This document shows positions 1 to 8,883 of a stretch of 54,234 bases of DNA, in pieces. Below the pieces are notes generated by a model. It made no database searches. It had not been told where the DNA came from and saw only the letters and a program-made list of their open reading frames with translations. Position 1 is the first letter of the stretch. Each line of letters starts with the position of its first letter. The translations under genes were made by a program, and so were the position numbers. Origin of the DNA: a virus (Duplodnaviria > Caudoviricetes); IMG/VR virus record IMGVR_UViG_3300006916_000059, positions 1 to 54,234 of that record, one strand, 5' to 3'.

Positions 1-220
1 CCATCCATACTCCGAATCGCAAACAAATACATTATATCACATAGTTATAGAAAATGTTCCATTTTCGTTATAATCTATGTAGATAGAATGTAAAAAGTAA
101 ACTATCGAAACCAACATACTTGCCCCTGCACATGTAGGCTCGCACCTGCCCTCGCTTGCTTGCTGGCTTGCTTGTGGGGAAAAGAAAATCGCAAAATCAG
201 CAAATCGCTTTACTGCGGAA

Positions 221-530
221 GGTTTTTCCTTTAGGGAAAACCGCCCTTTAGGGGGTCTTAGACCCTACGAGCCTGTATGAGCCTACGGCTTCCTTTTAAA
301 GGAAGTTGCTTATAGATTTTTGCGAATTACCACCCCTAAAGGGGTGAAAGAGCCTTCGGCTACATATGTGTGAGCATATGTATGTAGGCAATTCTAAGAA
401 TAAGATGCTCTCATTCTTATTCTTAGAATCTGATTTTAGTAATCGAAGATTACTACTGCACTATACTAAGAGTCAGTATAATTCTCCCATCTCCGATGAG
501 GAGAATATATACATGACTAATAGTATTAGA
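221..530. repeat. Tandem chain of about 12 short inverted repeats (hairpins) in the non-coding leader
   Basis: Examples: cacccct-aa-aggggtg 331-346; perfect 15-bp IR attctaagaataaga/tcttattcttagaat 391-429; agtaatc-gaa-gattact 438-454; cttccttt-t-aaaggaag 289-305. Confidence 0.85.
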
Positions 531-619
531 GCATATAGAAAAGCCGACAGAGGGATTTCCAAAGTCCTTATATGTGGAAGCCTACTCGGAGGGTTAAGTC
601 CGACCAAATAGGAGTGATA

Positions 620-1999
620 ATGATGAGCCGACAAAAACAATCGCCAAGAGCCACCCTACTTCGAGAAGTAGGCATTAAGACCAAGAACGCCAATTTTGAT
701 AGCACTTGTAAAGTGTGTTCAGCACCAATCAGAGGCACTTCTCCGAAGTGTTCTGTTGCTCAAGTCAAGATTCCTAAAGAATCTCGCAAAGCATCTTGGG
801 TTCACACTGATTGTGTAGACATCCACTATCACCTAAATGTTGAATCTCACTACCCCATCGCTAAAGCGATGACAATGACACAACAAAAGCGATTCATCGG
901 AGATGACTTCAAAGAAGACGCACCAAAAGAAGATACTCCAAAGGAGACACCAAAAATGCCAACACCAAAACCAACACCTACACCTAAGCCTATACCTACA
1001 AGCGTAAAGGGTGGAGACCCTGCCGGTGAAGCACTTGCTTCAATGGTAATGCCTCACCTTATGGCCGGTTTCACCGACCATGTTGATACCGTAATGAACG
1101 ACAAGATTAATGCTTTAGCATTACCTCGAACAACAATTGTCAAGCCTCTTGGTGACTTCGAAGAAGTCAAAGTTGGTCTAACTCACCCTTGCTTCGATGA
1201 AGCACTTGACTTAGGTCGCATCCGTGCTAATTGCTTGGCTTCCGGTCCTGCTGGGTCTGGTAAGACCCATGCCGCAAAACAGATATTCGACACTCTAAAG
1301 AGTCTACCGGAATCAGCCGGTGGATTCGCAAAACCCGACACTGTAAGATTTACAGTGATTTCTTGTCACAATGAAATGATGCCTTCCGACATAGTCGGCC
1401 CAATGGTTCCTAATATCTCCACAGGAGATGAAAAGCATCGCATTACTGAAATTGTAAACACTTTCAGAGATGGTGGAGTCCTCGTCTTTGACGAGTTTGA
1501 TAGACTCATGGGTGGTACAGCCGTAGCCGCAAACATGGCTTTAGCCAACGATAGTTGGACTATGCCGGATGGTTCAGTAATATACAAGTCTCCCGACTTG
1601 TTTATTCTTGCTACTGCAAATACACTTGGTCAAGGTAAAGGTCGCTCTGCTTATGTTTCTGCTGAAACATTAGACGGTGCTACTCTAAATCGCTTCGCTG
1701 GAGGAGTAATTCGCTGGGGCTATGACAGAGCATTCGAGAGAATGCTTATCGGTGACGATGAAATCGTCTCCTTCTTCCATGATTTGAGAGACCGTGCTGA
1801 CAAGGCTGGCCTTGTCTCCCGTATTATCTCTCCTCGCCACATGCTTACTGCTAAGAAGCAGAAGCATATCTTAGGCTACGATATGGAAAGAATCCGAAGG
1901 ATAGCAGTTAGAGATTGGAATCGCAAAGACCTCAAAACCATTGGTTTTGATAACGAATTTATTGACGGTGCTTTAGCAACTAACGGAGGTGCGGCTTGA
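620..1999 (+). CDS. MoxR/CobS-like AAA+ ATPase with N-terminal Cys/His (Zn) domain and Pro/Thr/Lys-rich linker
   Basis: Walker A GPAGSGKT, Walker B LVFDEFD, sensor ATANT, Arg finger LDGATLNRF; N-terminal CKVC...HTDC; RBS GGAGTGA at 611-617 supports start 620. Confidence 0.85.
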   Translation: MMSRQKQSPRATLLREVGIKTKNANFDSTCKVCSAPIRGTSPKCSVAQVKIPKESRKASWVHTDCVDIHYHLNVESHYPIAKAMTMTQQKRFIGDDFKEDAPKEDTPKETPKMPTPKPTPTPKPIPTSVKGGDPAGEALASMVMPHLMAGFTDHVDTVMNDKINALALPRTTIVKPLGDFEEVKVGLTHPCFDEALDLGRIRANCLASGPAGSGKTHAAKQIFDTLKSLPESAGGFAKPDTVRFTVISCHNEMMPSDIVGPMVPNISTGDEKHRITEIVNTFRDGGVLVFDEFDRLMGGTAVAANMALANDSWTMPDGSVIYKSPDLFILATANTLGQGKGRSAYVSAETLDGATLNRFAGGVIRWGYDRAFERMLIGDDEIVSFFHDLRDRADKAGLVSRIISPRHMLTAKKQKHILGYDMERIRRIAVRDWNRKDLKTIGFDNEFIDGALATNGGAA

Positions 2000-2017
2000 G
2001 ACCCCTTCGGGGGTCTC
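1998..2017 (+). terminator. 8-bp GC-rich hairpin with C(UUCG)G tetraloop between the AAA and vWA genes (attenuator, terminator or RNA stabiliser)
   Basis: gagacccc-ttcg-ggggtctc followed by ggcctttt. Confidence 0.55.
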
Positions 2018-2037
2018 GGCCTTTTGGAGGTTTTCAC

Positions 2038-3000
2038 ATGTCAGATACACAAGTAATCCGCTATGAACATGGCACAAGAGTAGGTTTCCACAAGTCTAAA
2101 GACTTGTCCTGTAATTTCACTATTAGTGATACCCCTGCTGATGCAGGTCATTTTCTTGACTCCTTGACCGACTCTGATTTCAAAGGGTATGACCCTTTGA
2201 GCAGAAAGCCCGACCTATCATGGATAGGTCGAGAAGACTTGAAAGGTGATAAAAGCATCAGAACTCGCAGAGATATAGCATCCAAGTTAGGCGAGTATGT
2301 AGATAATGACCACAAGCAAATCGCATCTTGTCGAAACAAGATGTCCGACCTTGTAGATTCAATTGACTTGTCGCAACTTAAGCGTATGCTTAAGTGGTCT
2401 GATAGCAGAGGTAAAGTAAACGCTACTCGTTTACTAAACGGCGACTCAATGTTCCGTAGGACAATTCGCAGAGGTTCAGCACCTGTTGAAGCCGTAGCAC
2501 TTGTAGTGCCAACCGGCGCAAATTGTAACATCAATGCTGATGTTATCTTCGCAAGAACGGCAGTCGCCCTCGCCGCCGCCGACCTGCTTAGTCAAGCAGG
2601 TTTCGCAGTAGAGGTCTGGGCTTATGCCTACACAAAAAATTGTCTTGACGATTCACCTAACGGTACAAGTAATGCCTTAGCCGGTGTCAAAATCAAGGAT
2701 GCAGACGAAGGTCTGAATGAGGCAATCGCCGCATCAGCCGGTAGTGCATGGTTCTTTAGAACCGGCATGTTTGGAATGTGGTCTCATATGGGTGACGCTA
2801 ATAGTTGGCTTGGTAATTCAATAGACTTGACTGTTAGTCAAGGTAAACAAGTCGCAAATATCATCGGCCTTGAAAAGGCTCATGTTATGAGAACAGGTAC
2901 AGGTCAACATAGCGTAGAGGATGCTATCAAGGCTGGCATCGAAGATGTAAAACAGGCACTAATCAAGTGGGTTAGTGGTGATGAAGAAATGGAGGAATGA
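2038..3000 (+). CDS. vWA-like (CobT-type) partner of the MoxR ATPase
   Basis: Directly follows the AAA gene; pattern GKVNATRLLNG...ALVVPTGANC...ALAAADLLSQAGFAVEVWAY fits the vWA beta1-alpha-beta2 arrangement of phage AAA/vWA pairs; RBS GGAGG at 2026. Confidence 0.6.
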   Translation: MSDTQVIRYEHGTRVGFHKSKDLSCNFTISDTPADAGHFLDSLTDSDFKGYDPLSRKPDLSWIGREDLKGDKSIRTRRDIASKLGEYVDNDHKQIASCRNKMSDLVDSIDLSQLKRMLKWSDSRGKVNATRLLNGDSMFRRTIRRGSAPVEAVALVVPTGANCNINADVIFARTAVALAAADLLSQAGFAVEVWAYAYTKNCLDDSPNGTSNALAGVKIKDADEGLNEAIAASAGSAWFFRTGMFGMWSHMGDANSWLGNSIDLTVSQGKQVANIIGLEKAHVMRTGTGQHSVEDAIKAGIEDVKQALIKWVSGDEEMEE

Positions 3001-3338
3001 AAATGGAATTGAAAATACCAATAGAGGATATTGCAGAAGCAATAGCAAAAAATGAAGAAGCCCGCAGGTATGTAGTAACATACTCTCAATTAGCAAACGA
3101 TGTAGGTCTCTTAGGAGACCATGTGAAAGTTGAGGTCGAAGTCGAAACCTTCGGCGAAGCCATGTATAATTACATGCAATCAGATTGTTTCAAGCAGGGT
3201 CTAATAGACCCTCAAGACTACAAGTCTGCATCAGTAGCAATACTGACGCTGATTGAGAATATTGTAAAATCTAACGAAGAAATAGAAAGTATCTCTATCG
3301 AGATACCAAGCATGTCATTCATGGGGGTGGAAGCATGA
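2997..3338 (+). CDS. Hypothetical early protein
   Basis: ATGA overlap with upstream gene, GGAGG RBS. Confidence 0.6.
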   Translation: MKMELKIPIEDIAEAIAKNEEARRYVVTYSQLANDVGLLGDHVKVEVEVETFGEAMYNYMQSDCFKQGLIDPQDYKSASVAILTLIENIVKSNEEIESISIEIPSMSFMGVEA

Positions 3339-3646
3339 GGGATAGACATGATGAGGCACTTATGGATAAGATGTGCAACCATGTCACACCCGAAGGTATG
3401 ACGAGGGTTCTCAAGTTGGATGCTATGTCTGCCGTAGGTTTCATAGAAACCTTCCAACAAGAATACGCAACTCCTCCGAGGGATGCGTTTGACTTCCTCA
3501 TGTCTCTTCAAGGCACAGACCTATGGGAGACCTACATGGGCATAGACCAATTTTTGACTACCGAAGGTAAAAGAATCGCAAACATGTTTCCTACGGAGAC
3601 TTTCAGACACATGTTAGAGGTGTTCGCAGATGACCTATGTCAGTGA
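3335..3646 (+). CDS. Hypothetical early protein
   Basis: ATGA overlap, GGGGTGG RBS. Confidence 0.6.
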   Translation: MRDRHDEALMDKMCNHVTPEGMTRVLKLDAMSAVGFIETFQQEYATPPRDAFDFLMSLQGTDLWETYMGIDQFLTTEGKRIANMFPTETFRHMLEVFADDLCQ

Positions 3647-3685
3647 GCCTGTGCGAGAGAAAAATCGCTACTCGACAAACATTGA

Positions 3686-3714
3686 ATTTAAATACAGGAA
3701 ACCCCCCTATAAGG
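3686..3714 (+). promoter_or_regulatory. Conserved early promoter/operator motif, copy 1
   Basis: tttaaatacaggaaacccccctataagg; near-identical motifs at 7207 and 8849, each just upstream of an RBS and start codon. Confidence 0.6.
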
Positions 3715-3724
3715 AGTGAAAAGC

Positions 3725-4180
3725 ATGACGGAAAAATACGACTATGACGACAAAGAGCGATTTGAACACATTGGCATAGCCAAAGTTAGGTTCAATGGAC
3801 AAGGAAGAACGACAGTGGCGGTCTATAAAGACCACCAAGACAGGTGTATGCACTTGAGACCCGTACCATTCGGTACACCTTCACTTGCATGGATTCCTCA
3901 TTATGATGAGGATGACAATAACAATCTGTGGAAAGAAATCAATCAACACAAGGAAGAATCCCGAAAGAGTATTTTCTCCCTTAGCAGATACAGAGGTGCA
4001 GGTAAGCGAAAGCCTACCAAATCCGCAAAGAGATTCACGACAAGGGCAGTCAGACCTACAGGCTTACCCGAAATAGAGCCTCGCTCTCCTTCGGAGAGAA
4101 ACACTAAGAAAGTCTCCATAGCAGAAGTATCTGCTATGATTGCTAAAGAAATGGAAGACATATTCGGGGGTGATGAATGA
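3725..4180 (+). CDS. Hypothetical protein with a basic C-terminal half
   Basis: GGAGTG RBS; K/R-rich segment RYRGAGKRKPTKSAKRF. Confidence 0.6.
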   Translation: MTEKYDYDDKERFEHIGIAKVRFNGQGRTTVAVYKDHQDRCMHLRPVPFGTPSLAWIPHYDEDDNNNLWKEINQHKEESRKSIFSLSRYRGAGKRKPTKSAKRFTTRAVRPTGLPEIEPRSPSERNTKKVSIAEVSAMIAKEMEDIFGGDE

Positions 4181-4443
4181 TGAGTCCAATCTTAGATTGT
4201 CTTGAGATGATTGCTAAAGACTCACTCTTCGAGTTTACGGCTTCGCAGACTCGTCATGGTGAGTTTATAATAAGGGCTACGAGAGTAGATTCACGCCAAG
4301 AATTTTCCATAATAAATTATGGCTACGGTAAAGATGAAAATCTGCTTGAAGTTTTAGCACTTGGTCATGGTCATGACCCTATTGGATGGGCTACGCCTAA
4401 AGCCGTAATGACATACATGAGAATGGGAGATTGGGAGGAGTGA
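4177..4443 (+). CDS. Hypothetical protein
   Basis: ATGA coupling, GGGGTGA RBS. Confidence 0.6.
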   Translation: MMSPILDCLEMIAKDSLFEFTASQTRHGEFIIRATRVDSRQEFSIINYGYGKDENLLEVLALGHGHDPIGWATPKAVMTYMRMGDWEE

Positions 4444-4445
4444 AT

Positions 4446-4643
4446 ATGGAAAAATGGGTGACTTGCGAAAATTGTGATGCCGAAGTCTGCATAGACTTCT
4501 ATGTGGATAGTATGACCGTAATGGAAGGTGATGAGCATATAGAAGCGTATGACGACTTCGACTGCTCGGAGTGCGGGCATGAAATACACCTAACTGCTTA
4601 CTTCAAAATTGTAGGTTTTGCGATTGGAGGTGCTTCAGAATGA
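4446..4643 (+). CDS. Small Zn-ribbon protein
   Basis: CENC...CSEC; GGAGTG RBS. Confidence 0.6.
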   Translation: MEKWVTCENCDAEVCIDFYVDSMTVMEGDEHIEAYDDFDCSECGHEIHLTAYFKIVGFAIGGASE

Positions 4644-4825
4644 AGCAAAGAGGTGAGGCAGGTATCAGAATTACACTACATGACGGAGTCATGTATGTTC
4701 ATCACGAAGATGGCACACTCCTACATCAGAGAGACGCATGGGATGGTGAGTGGGATGAATTGTGGCAATTCATTCGCAGACCATTCCCTAATACCTTGCG
4801 TGGTATCACGGGGGGAGAGGAATGA
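4640..4825 (+). CDS. Hypothetical protein
   Basis: ATGA coupling, GGAGGTG RBS. Confidence 0.55.
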   Translation: MKQRGEAGIRITLHDGVMYVHHEDGTLLHQRDAWDGEWDELWQFIRRPFPNTLRGITGGEE

Positions 4826-5076
4826 CACTAAGCGACCATCAAGATTCAGAGTCTTTCATGGGTGTGCGTAGCGAAGATGAGTTGCTACATATGCTTGACT
4901 TAGCCGAGCGTAAGCAGAACCACCACTTTACTGCCCTACAAAGTGTATTTACCGAAAGCGACTTTGATAAGAAACTGCGTAATTATCACATGAGAAACTA
5001 CAAAGCCCTACAGGGCGTTGTAAAATCTTTGCGATGGGTTCTCGGAGATAAGGATGTGAAACATCCTCTGGAGTGA
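4822..5076 (+). CDS. Hypothetical helical protein
   Basis: ATGA coupling, GAGG RBS. Confidence 0.6.
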   Translation: MTLSDHQDSESFMGVRSEDELLHMLDLAERKQNHHFTALQSVFTESDFDKKLRNYHMRNYKALQGVVKSLRWVLGDKDVKHPLE

Positions 5077-5083
5077 TTCGCAA

Positions 5084-5296
5084 ATGTTAGTAGATATGAT
5101 TGAGACTAAAGAAGGAGTATGGGTTCCCATACTCGAATCGCATCTCGTCAGACATGACGGGCGTATAGGCATACATATGCGTCTGCAATACAAGCATGAC
5201 GCTATACATATGCGTGACACAGACGAAGTGGTTTGGGTTAAGAAGAAGTTAAATACTGACGACCCCTATTTAGAATTAACACACGAGGAAGAGTGA
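5084..5296 (+). CDS. Hypothetical protein
   Basis: GGAGTGA RBS. Confidence 0.55.
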   Translation: MLVDMIETKEGVWVPILESHLVRHDGRIGIHMRLQYKHDAIHMRDTDEVVWVKKKLNTDDPYLELTHEEE

Positions 5297-5541
5297 TGAG
5301 AATGGAATATAACCGAGAAATCTATGACGCTTACGATGATATGTTAGACAGTTGCTACGAAGATGTTGCTATCTTTGGTGTGCCTCGCGCACCATCTGTA
5401 GTATTCAAAATCGTAGACCCAATTATGTATGAAATTGGTCTACACGAGTATTTAGATGATTTGATGGAAGACGGTCTTTTCTGCCCTGTATGTGAGTATG
5501 TAGGCGAAAAGGACTGCTATTGCGAAGAAGAGGAGGAATGA
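5293..5541 (+). CDS. Acidic small protein with a C-terminal Cys cluster
   Basis: CPVC...CYC; coupled to neighbouring genes. Confidence 0.55.
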   Translation: MMRMEYNREIYDAYDDMLDSCYEDVAIFGVPRAPSVVFKIVDPIMYEIGLHEYLDDLMEDGLFCPVCEYVGEKDCYCEEEEE

Positions 5542-5762
5542 GCAAAATGAGTTTAGAACACTACGAAGAAATCATGTCACAGATTTGTGACATATTAGAG
5601 AACGGCGATATAGTCGAAGACTTTATCGAAGAACCTAACCGAGCGACAACATTGGGTATCATACACACTATTGTTCGCAGGGAAATGAAAAACATAAAAG
5701 CGCAGAGAGAAGTCCTGTCACTTTTGCGAATGAGAAGCAGAGAAAGAAGAGAGGAGGAATGA
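5538..5762 (+). CDS. Hypothetical protein
   Basis: ATGA coupling, GAGGAGG RBS. Confidence 0.55.
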   Translation: MSKMSLEHYEEIMSQICDILENGDIVEDFIEEPNRATTLGIIHTIVRREMKNIKAQREVLSLLRMRSRERREEE

Positions 5763-5765
5763 AAA

Positions 5766-6056
5766 ATGAGAATGACAAAAGAAAACAAAGAATGGATGAG
5801 ACACGCCATATACTTAGGCGAAGATAACATGGAGATATTTGATTCAAGGTGGGAATGGATTTCCGAGGCTTGGATAAATACACCACTGAACCAACAATGT
5901 ATTTTCTATCAGAAATATGTAGAGTTCGGAGGCGAAGATAATTTGTCCTATGATAATAGAGAAGCATTAGAGAAGGCTTACAACTATGCTTACGACAAGA
6001 TACTGGATTGTCACAGAGAATTAGACAGGCGACTTAACTTAACACAGGAGGAATAA
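5766..6056 (+). CDS. Hypothetical protein
   Basis: GGAGG RBS. Confidence 0.55.
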   Translation: MRMTKENKEWMRHAIYLGEDNMEIFDSRWEWISEAWINTPLNQQCIFYQKYVEFGGEDNLSYDNREALEKAYNYAYDKILDCHRELDRRLNLTQEE

Positions 6057-6058
6057 AC

Positions 6059-6268
6059 ATGAATGAAAAAGAATTGATGAATATAGCAAATGAAATGAAA
6101 GATGCTTCGATTGAATTGGTTAGGGGTGTAAGAGACGCACTTCACGATATAGTCGCAGACCTAATAGGCGGTAGTGCGGTTCACGCATTTACAAAATTGT
6201 GCGTACTGTTAGAAACAGTAGAAGCAGGTTATGAGAGTTTGACCGAAGAAGGAGGTGAAGAAGAATGA
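6059..6268 (+). CDS. Hypothetical protein
   Basis: GGAGG RBS. Confidence 0.55.
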   Translation: MNEKELMNIANEMKDASIELVRGVRDALHDIVADLIGGSAVHAFTKLCVLLETVEAGYESLTEEGGEEE

Positions 6269-6636
6269 TTGGGGTAGAAGATTATGTCGCTCTTAGGTTC
6301 AACACTATAGCAGGTGACTCAAAGATTAATGTAATCATGCGTAGACCGGATGGCTATGTATCTGATGTAGTGGTTGACTTGCACAAACCTGTGATACATG
6401 GGATTTGTGCGATTTGTTCGGAGGATATGCAACAAACAGAGTTTGGTTATATATGCAAGCAACACAATGTTCCTGTTGTGATGGCGAAAAGTGTAACTAC
6501 TAAAGTAGTAGCAACAAGAAAGCAATTCGCAAAAACAAATATTGGCTCTAATCATGTTGGTATGATTAGAGACAATAAAGTAGACATGGCAGATGTGAAG
6601 CAACAAGTCGCAGATGCTCTGGAGGATTTGCTATGA
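6265..6636 (+). CDS. Zn-ribbon-containing hypothetical protein
   Basis: CAIC...CKQH; GGAGGTGA RBS. Confidence 0.55.
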   Translation: MIGVEDYVALRFNTIAGDSKINVIMRRPDGYVSDVVVDLHKPVIHGICAICSEDMQQTEFGYICKQHNVPVVMAKSVTTKVVATRKQFAKTNIGSNHVGMIRDNKVDMADVKQQVADALEDLL

Positions 6637-6686
6637 TATTCGACATGTGGCTGGAATGGCCTAAGTTGAGGTGGTGGAAGAAATGA
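6633..6686 (+). CDS. 17-aa Trp-rich micro-ORF (MIFDMWLEWPKLRWWKK), not in the ORF track
   Basis: GGAGG RBS at 6621; ATGA overlaps at both ends fill the gap exactly. Confidence 0.45.
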   Translation: MIFDMWLEWPKLRWWKK

Positions 6687-7210
6687 AAGGCATTCCTCTT
6701 ACCTGCGAGTTGGTTCCTACAGGAACATGGGGTTCAAACCTGCGTAGTCTCATGCCCCCTTCGGGATGGAATAGACTGCGTAAGTTTGTCTACGAAAGAG
6801 CAGATAACAAATGTGAATTGTGTGGGCAAGATGGTTTTTCGCAAAATCGCAAATGGGCAGTAGAGGCTCATGAGATTTGGTTGTATGACGATGTAAAAAA
6901 TGAGCAAAGTCTGATAGCGGTTCAGTCGCTTTGCCCTCGTTGCCACCTATGTAAGCACTTAGGCAGGTCTCTAAAGGTGGGTGCGGCTGAACAAGTGCGA
7001 AAACATATGAGAGAAATCAATGGTTGGGATGAAGAAACCCAACAGATGTACGAACAGTTTGTGTTTGCTATTCACAAACATAGGTCTCGTTTCCGGTGGA
7101 CTGTGAACATAGATATGCTTGAGGATTATGTTCATGCAGGTGCTATCAAACAAATTGACTTTGATAAATCAAAGGCAAAACTAAAGGGCGGTGCTACGGA
7201 AAATGATTAA
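6683..7210 (+). CDS. HNH endonuclease-family protein
   Basis: WNRLRKFVYERADNKCELCG...EAHEIW...LCPRCHLCKH. Confidence 0.8.
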   Translation: MKGIPLTCELVPTGTWGSNLRSLMPPSGWNRLRKFVYERADNKCELCGQDGFSQNRKWAVEAHEIWLYDDVKNEQSLIAVQSLCPRCHLCKHLGRSLKVGAAEQVRKHMREINGWDEETQQMYEQFVFAIHKHRSRFRWTVNIDMLEDYVHAGAIKQIDFDKSKAKLKGGATEND

Positions 7211-7231
7211 TAGGAGAAGCCCCCTATAAGA
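7207..7231 (+). promoter_or_regulatory. Conserved early promoter/operator motif, copy 2
   Basis: ttaataggagaagccccctataag. Confidence 0.6.
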
Positions 7232-7252
7232 GGCTGAACAGGAGTGAAAAAA

Positions 7253-7936
7253 ATGTTTAGAGACGAAGAATTTAGAGCAGATATGATTGAGACGGAAAGT
7301 GACGCAGTTACCTTCTACTACGCTTGCGTAGTAGGTAATGGTATAGTGTGGCAGACAGACAGAGGCCTATACAAGACAGACGGAACGCCAGCCGTAGATT
7401 TACCCGATGGTAAAGAATTGGAGATGTTAAATGAAGGTAATAAAATCGCAAGAAAAGTCCTTGCAGATGCACAAGTTGATGCACAAGAAGTTATGGATAT
7501 GTGTGAAAGTATATTGGTATGTAATCTTGTTTTACAAACAAGTGCTGACCTTGAAGGTCTTCCTTCAAGGAGAATTAAGAATTATGCGAATGAAGGAGAT
7601 GAACAGAAGAAGTTGAGAAGAAACTCTCACCTGTGGCAGATTATGGAAAGCACATTACAAATCTGTGTGCCAGACTTCGTCTCCACAAACGGAGGTTTAG
7701 CCGTACCTAAAGGGTTCCACCCCGTCATAGACACTTATGTTGCTTCTTGTATAAGAAGAATCCCCGTAGAAACTGTAACTACTGAATATACAGAAGACCA
7801 AGATACCGTACTTTCAACTATATTTGAAGAGGGTAAGAGGTTAGCAGATGAAGGTAAAATCCAACCTCGTGATTGGATAGACCCCGACAGTGATGACAAC
7901 GATGACGACCCGTTTTCTTCGGGAATGTGGGCGTGA
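7253..7936 (+). CDS. Hypothetical protein with an acidic tail
   Basis: GGAGTG RBS; ends DDNDDDPFSSGMWA. Confidence 0.65.
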   Translation: MFRDEEFRADMIETESDAVTFYYACVVGNGIVWQTDRGLYKTDGTPAVDLPDGKELEMLNEGNKIARKVLADAQVDAQEVMDMCESILVCNLVLQTSADLEGLPSRRIKNYANEGDEQKKLRRNSHLWQIMESTLQICVPDFVSTNGGLAVPKGFHPVIDTYVASCIRRIPVETVTTEYTEDQDTVLSTIFEEGKRLADEGKIQPRDWIDPDSDDNDDDPFSSGMWA

Positions 7937-8150
7937 TAACTTGTATCAACATGCAAATACCATACAGGCTCTACAAGAAGCCGTTGTTATGCTTGAGCAT
8001 ATGACTCAAGCGTATACTATGCTCGTTCCAGAGCAGACACATAATATGCTCACACGACTTAGAGTTTGGCGTAATATTTGCGACAAGGCTCTATTGGAAA
8101 TAGAGGCTAATGTTAGGAAAGACAAAATGAGAGGAGGAGTAACAAGATGA
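7890..8150 (+). CDS. Hypothetical helical protein (start uncertain)
   Basis: Fills the gap and is coupled to the next gene. Confidence 0.45.
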   Translation: MMTTMTTRFLRECGRDNLYQHANTIQALQEAVVMLEHMTQAYTMLVPEQTHNMLTRLRVWRNICDKALLEIEANVRKDKMRGGVTR

Positions 8151-8599
8151 ATAGAGACACATATATGTTTATCAATGCTGACGGTGGCGTTGCTAAATTA
8201 ACAGAAGAAGAACCGACCTTAGAAGAGATGCAAGCCCATGTAGGAGGACTTATCGAATACGCAGTAGTCACCTCACAGAAGAAATTCGCAGTACCGAAAA
8301 AAGGAAAGGGTAAATGCCTTCTGACGAATGTCAAAGATGTTATTGTGAATGAAGAGGGGCTTTTGTTAGGTATGTCTCCTAACGCAGTAGCCACATTCGC
8401 CGCATGGGGATATGATATTACCAGCGAGCAACAGTTAGTAGGCCCCTGTATAATAGTTTGCGAAACTCCAAGTGAAGATTCAGAGGAAGTAGGTCTTGAG
8501 TGGATTGTTGAAAATATGATTCCTCAAAACATGCGTGATTTATTAGTACCACGAAACAACTATCACTATATGTCAGCAAACTACAGAGGTGATGAGTAG
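8147..8599 (+). CDS. DUF3846-like phage protein
   Basis: PTLEEMQAHVGGLIE...VNEEGLLLGMSPNAVAT...LVGPCII signature. Confidence 0.7.
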   Translation: MNRDTYMFINADGGVAKLTEEEPTLEEMQAHVGGLIEYAVVTSQKKFAVPKKGKGKCLLTNVKDVIVNEEGLLLGMSPNAVATFAAWGYDITSEQQLVGPCIIVCETPSEDSEEVGLEWIVENMIPQNMRDLLVPRNNYHYMSANYRGDE

Positions 8600-8871
8600 T
8601 GACTTCAATAGTGTGTATGGTATGTGGGGAGATTGCTCAAAACAAGTCCTCGAAGTATAGTAGGTATAACCTGCGGGATATTGTATGCGTTAAATGTTCT
8701 TATGCGGAGAAGATGCTCGACATTCGTAGTTATTGTGTGAATGCCGAAGGCAAGACTCCCGAACAGTGTAATATAGAAGAAACAGATTGGCGAAGTAAAG
8801 TTTTAGCAACGAGACAGAACACTGATAAATTTCTTATAAAGCAAGATATTAAAAAGGAGAAGCCCCTATAG
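8599..8871 (+). CDS. Zn-finger protein
   Basis: CMVC...CVKC. Confidence 0.5.
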   Translation: MTSIVCMVCGEIAQNKSSKYSRYNLRDIVCVKCSYAEKMLDIRSYCVNAEGKTPEQCNIEETDWRSKVLATRQNTDKFLIKQDIKKEKPL

Positions 8872-8872
8872 G
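8849..8872 (+). promoter_or_regulatory. Conserved early promoter/operator motif, copy 3
   Basis: ttaaaaaggagaagcccctatagg. Confidence 0.6.
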
Positions 8873-8883
8873 AAGTGAGAAAC

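Noticed and set aside
154-174. GCTT tandem repeats near the window start
   Set aside because: Too short to assign; might belong to a terminal repeat but this cannot be tested without the other genome end
366-611. 81-aa ORF in the leader
   Set aside because: No RBS, runs through stacked palindromes and has no protein-like features; probably non-coding
920-1000. Short direct repeats (ccaaaa/acacc) as a DNA repeat element
   Set aside because: Explained by the Pro/Lys/Thr-rich protein linker
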